From contig CBDEFO010000004.1 in NCBI GenBank assembly GCA_965237525.1, positions 192,001 to 256,000 of the forward strand: 64,000 nucleotides of DNA. The letters are read 5' to 3'. The stretch comes from Candidatus Latescibacterota bacterium. Its GTDB lineage: Bacteria > Latescibacterota > CBDEFO01. Below, piece by piece: positions 63,539-64,000 of this stretch. Under the pieces are notes generated by a model. It did no database searches, had not been told where the DNA came from, and saw only the letters and a list, made by a program, of their open reading frames with translations. A program made the translations under genes and the position numbers. How positions within the stretch are numbered: the first letter of the stretch is position 1; each line of letters starts with the position of its first letter.

Positions 63539-64000
63539 ATGGCCTTCTACACTGAGAAAGAGATCAGGAATCGCCTGGCGGTGTCGACATTTATTTTTCG
63601 CCGCAAAAGGCCTTTGGATCGAGAGACGTTGGGCGAGATCAAAAAGAACGACATCGGGACTATTGAGATCGGCTTCCCCGAGGATCCCGATCACTTTGCA
63701 TTGGACGATCCCAAGTCAATGAAGATAATCAAGGATATATGTAATGATCTTGGACTCGCCGTCGGGACGTATCATTCCGGCAAAACCAACTTTGAGGTGG
63801 ACAGCGAAGCCGAAAGGCGCAAAAGGGTGGATAATTGCAAAAGGCAGATTGGCACACTGCTGTGGATGGGCGGAAATATCTGGGGATGCCACGGGCGCGT
63901 CAAGACACCTGCCACCTGGAAGAGCTTTGAAGAACTCCTCCGACACTTTGAAGGAGAGGACGTGCACCTGCTGGTCGAGAACTTCGGGCCGGGACAGACC
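63539..64000 (+). CDS. Sugar phosphate isomerase/epimerase-like TIM barrel (partial, runs off window)
   Basis: AGGAGG upstream; manual translation MAFYTEKEIRNRLAVST...TIEI...YHS...GCH...LLVEN, open to the window edge. Confidence 0.75.
   Translation, partial: MAFYTEKEIRNRLAVSTFIFRRKRPLDRETLGEIKKNDIGTIEIGFPEDPDHFALDDPKSMKIIKDICNDLGLAVGTYHSGKTNFEVDSEAERRKRVDNCKRQIGTLLWMGGNIWGCHGRVKTPATWKSFEELLRHFEGEDVHLLVENFGPGQT

Overview
Bacterial chromosomal window from a lineage I cannot identify. It is probably a long-read assembly, because many conserved genes are split by single-base indels in short homopolymers. Layout: (1) 1-7.4 kb, a PspA/DUF350/DUF4178/K+-channel membrane-stress locus with a metzincin-TPR-Ig protein and a decayed Nramp gene. 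(2) 7.6-15 kb, two glutamate dehydrogenases, pgk, malic enzyme and orphan FliO-like and FliT/FlgN-like genes. (3) 15.1-38.9 kb on the minus strand, a respiratory supercluster: split cytochrome b6/subunit IV with no Rieske gene, a stalked 8-heme cytochrome c, a diheme cytochrome c, two cupredoxin-like proteins, an A2-type aa3 oxidase with ctaA/ctaB/SCO, and a hidden AhpD-like CxxU selenoprotein. The cluster is interrupted twice by integron-type gene cassettes with attC sites, and no integrase is in view. (4) Three near-identical IS1182-family elements with 4-bp YTAR target duplications; two of them hit the same gene. (5) 43-50 kb, a PspA-like/NfeD-YqiJ/flotillin operon that runs into a TIGR04222 membrane protein with a Cys/Gly tail, a DUF692 (MNIO) enzyme and its partner. 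This is the best candidate for an undescribed post-translational modification system. (6) 50-64 kb, miscellaneous enzymes, a TMTC-like TPR glycosyltransferase and three tandem secreted beta-propeller paralogs. No rRNA, tRNA or CRISPR array was recognised. All family calls come from motif recognition by eye, not database searches.
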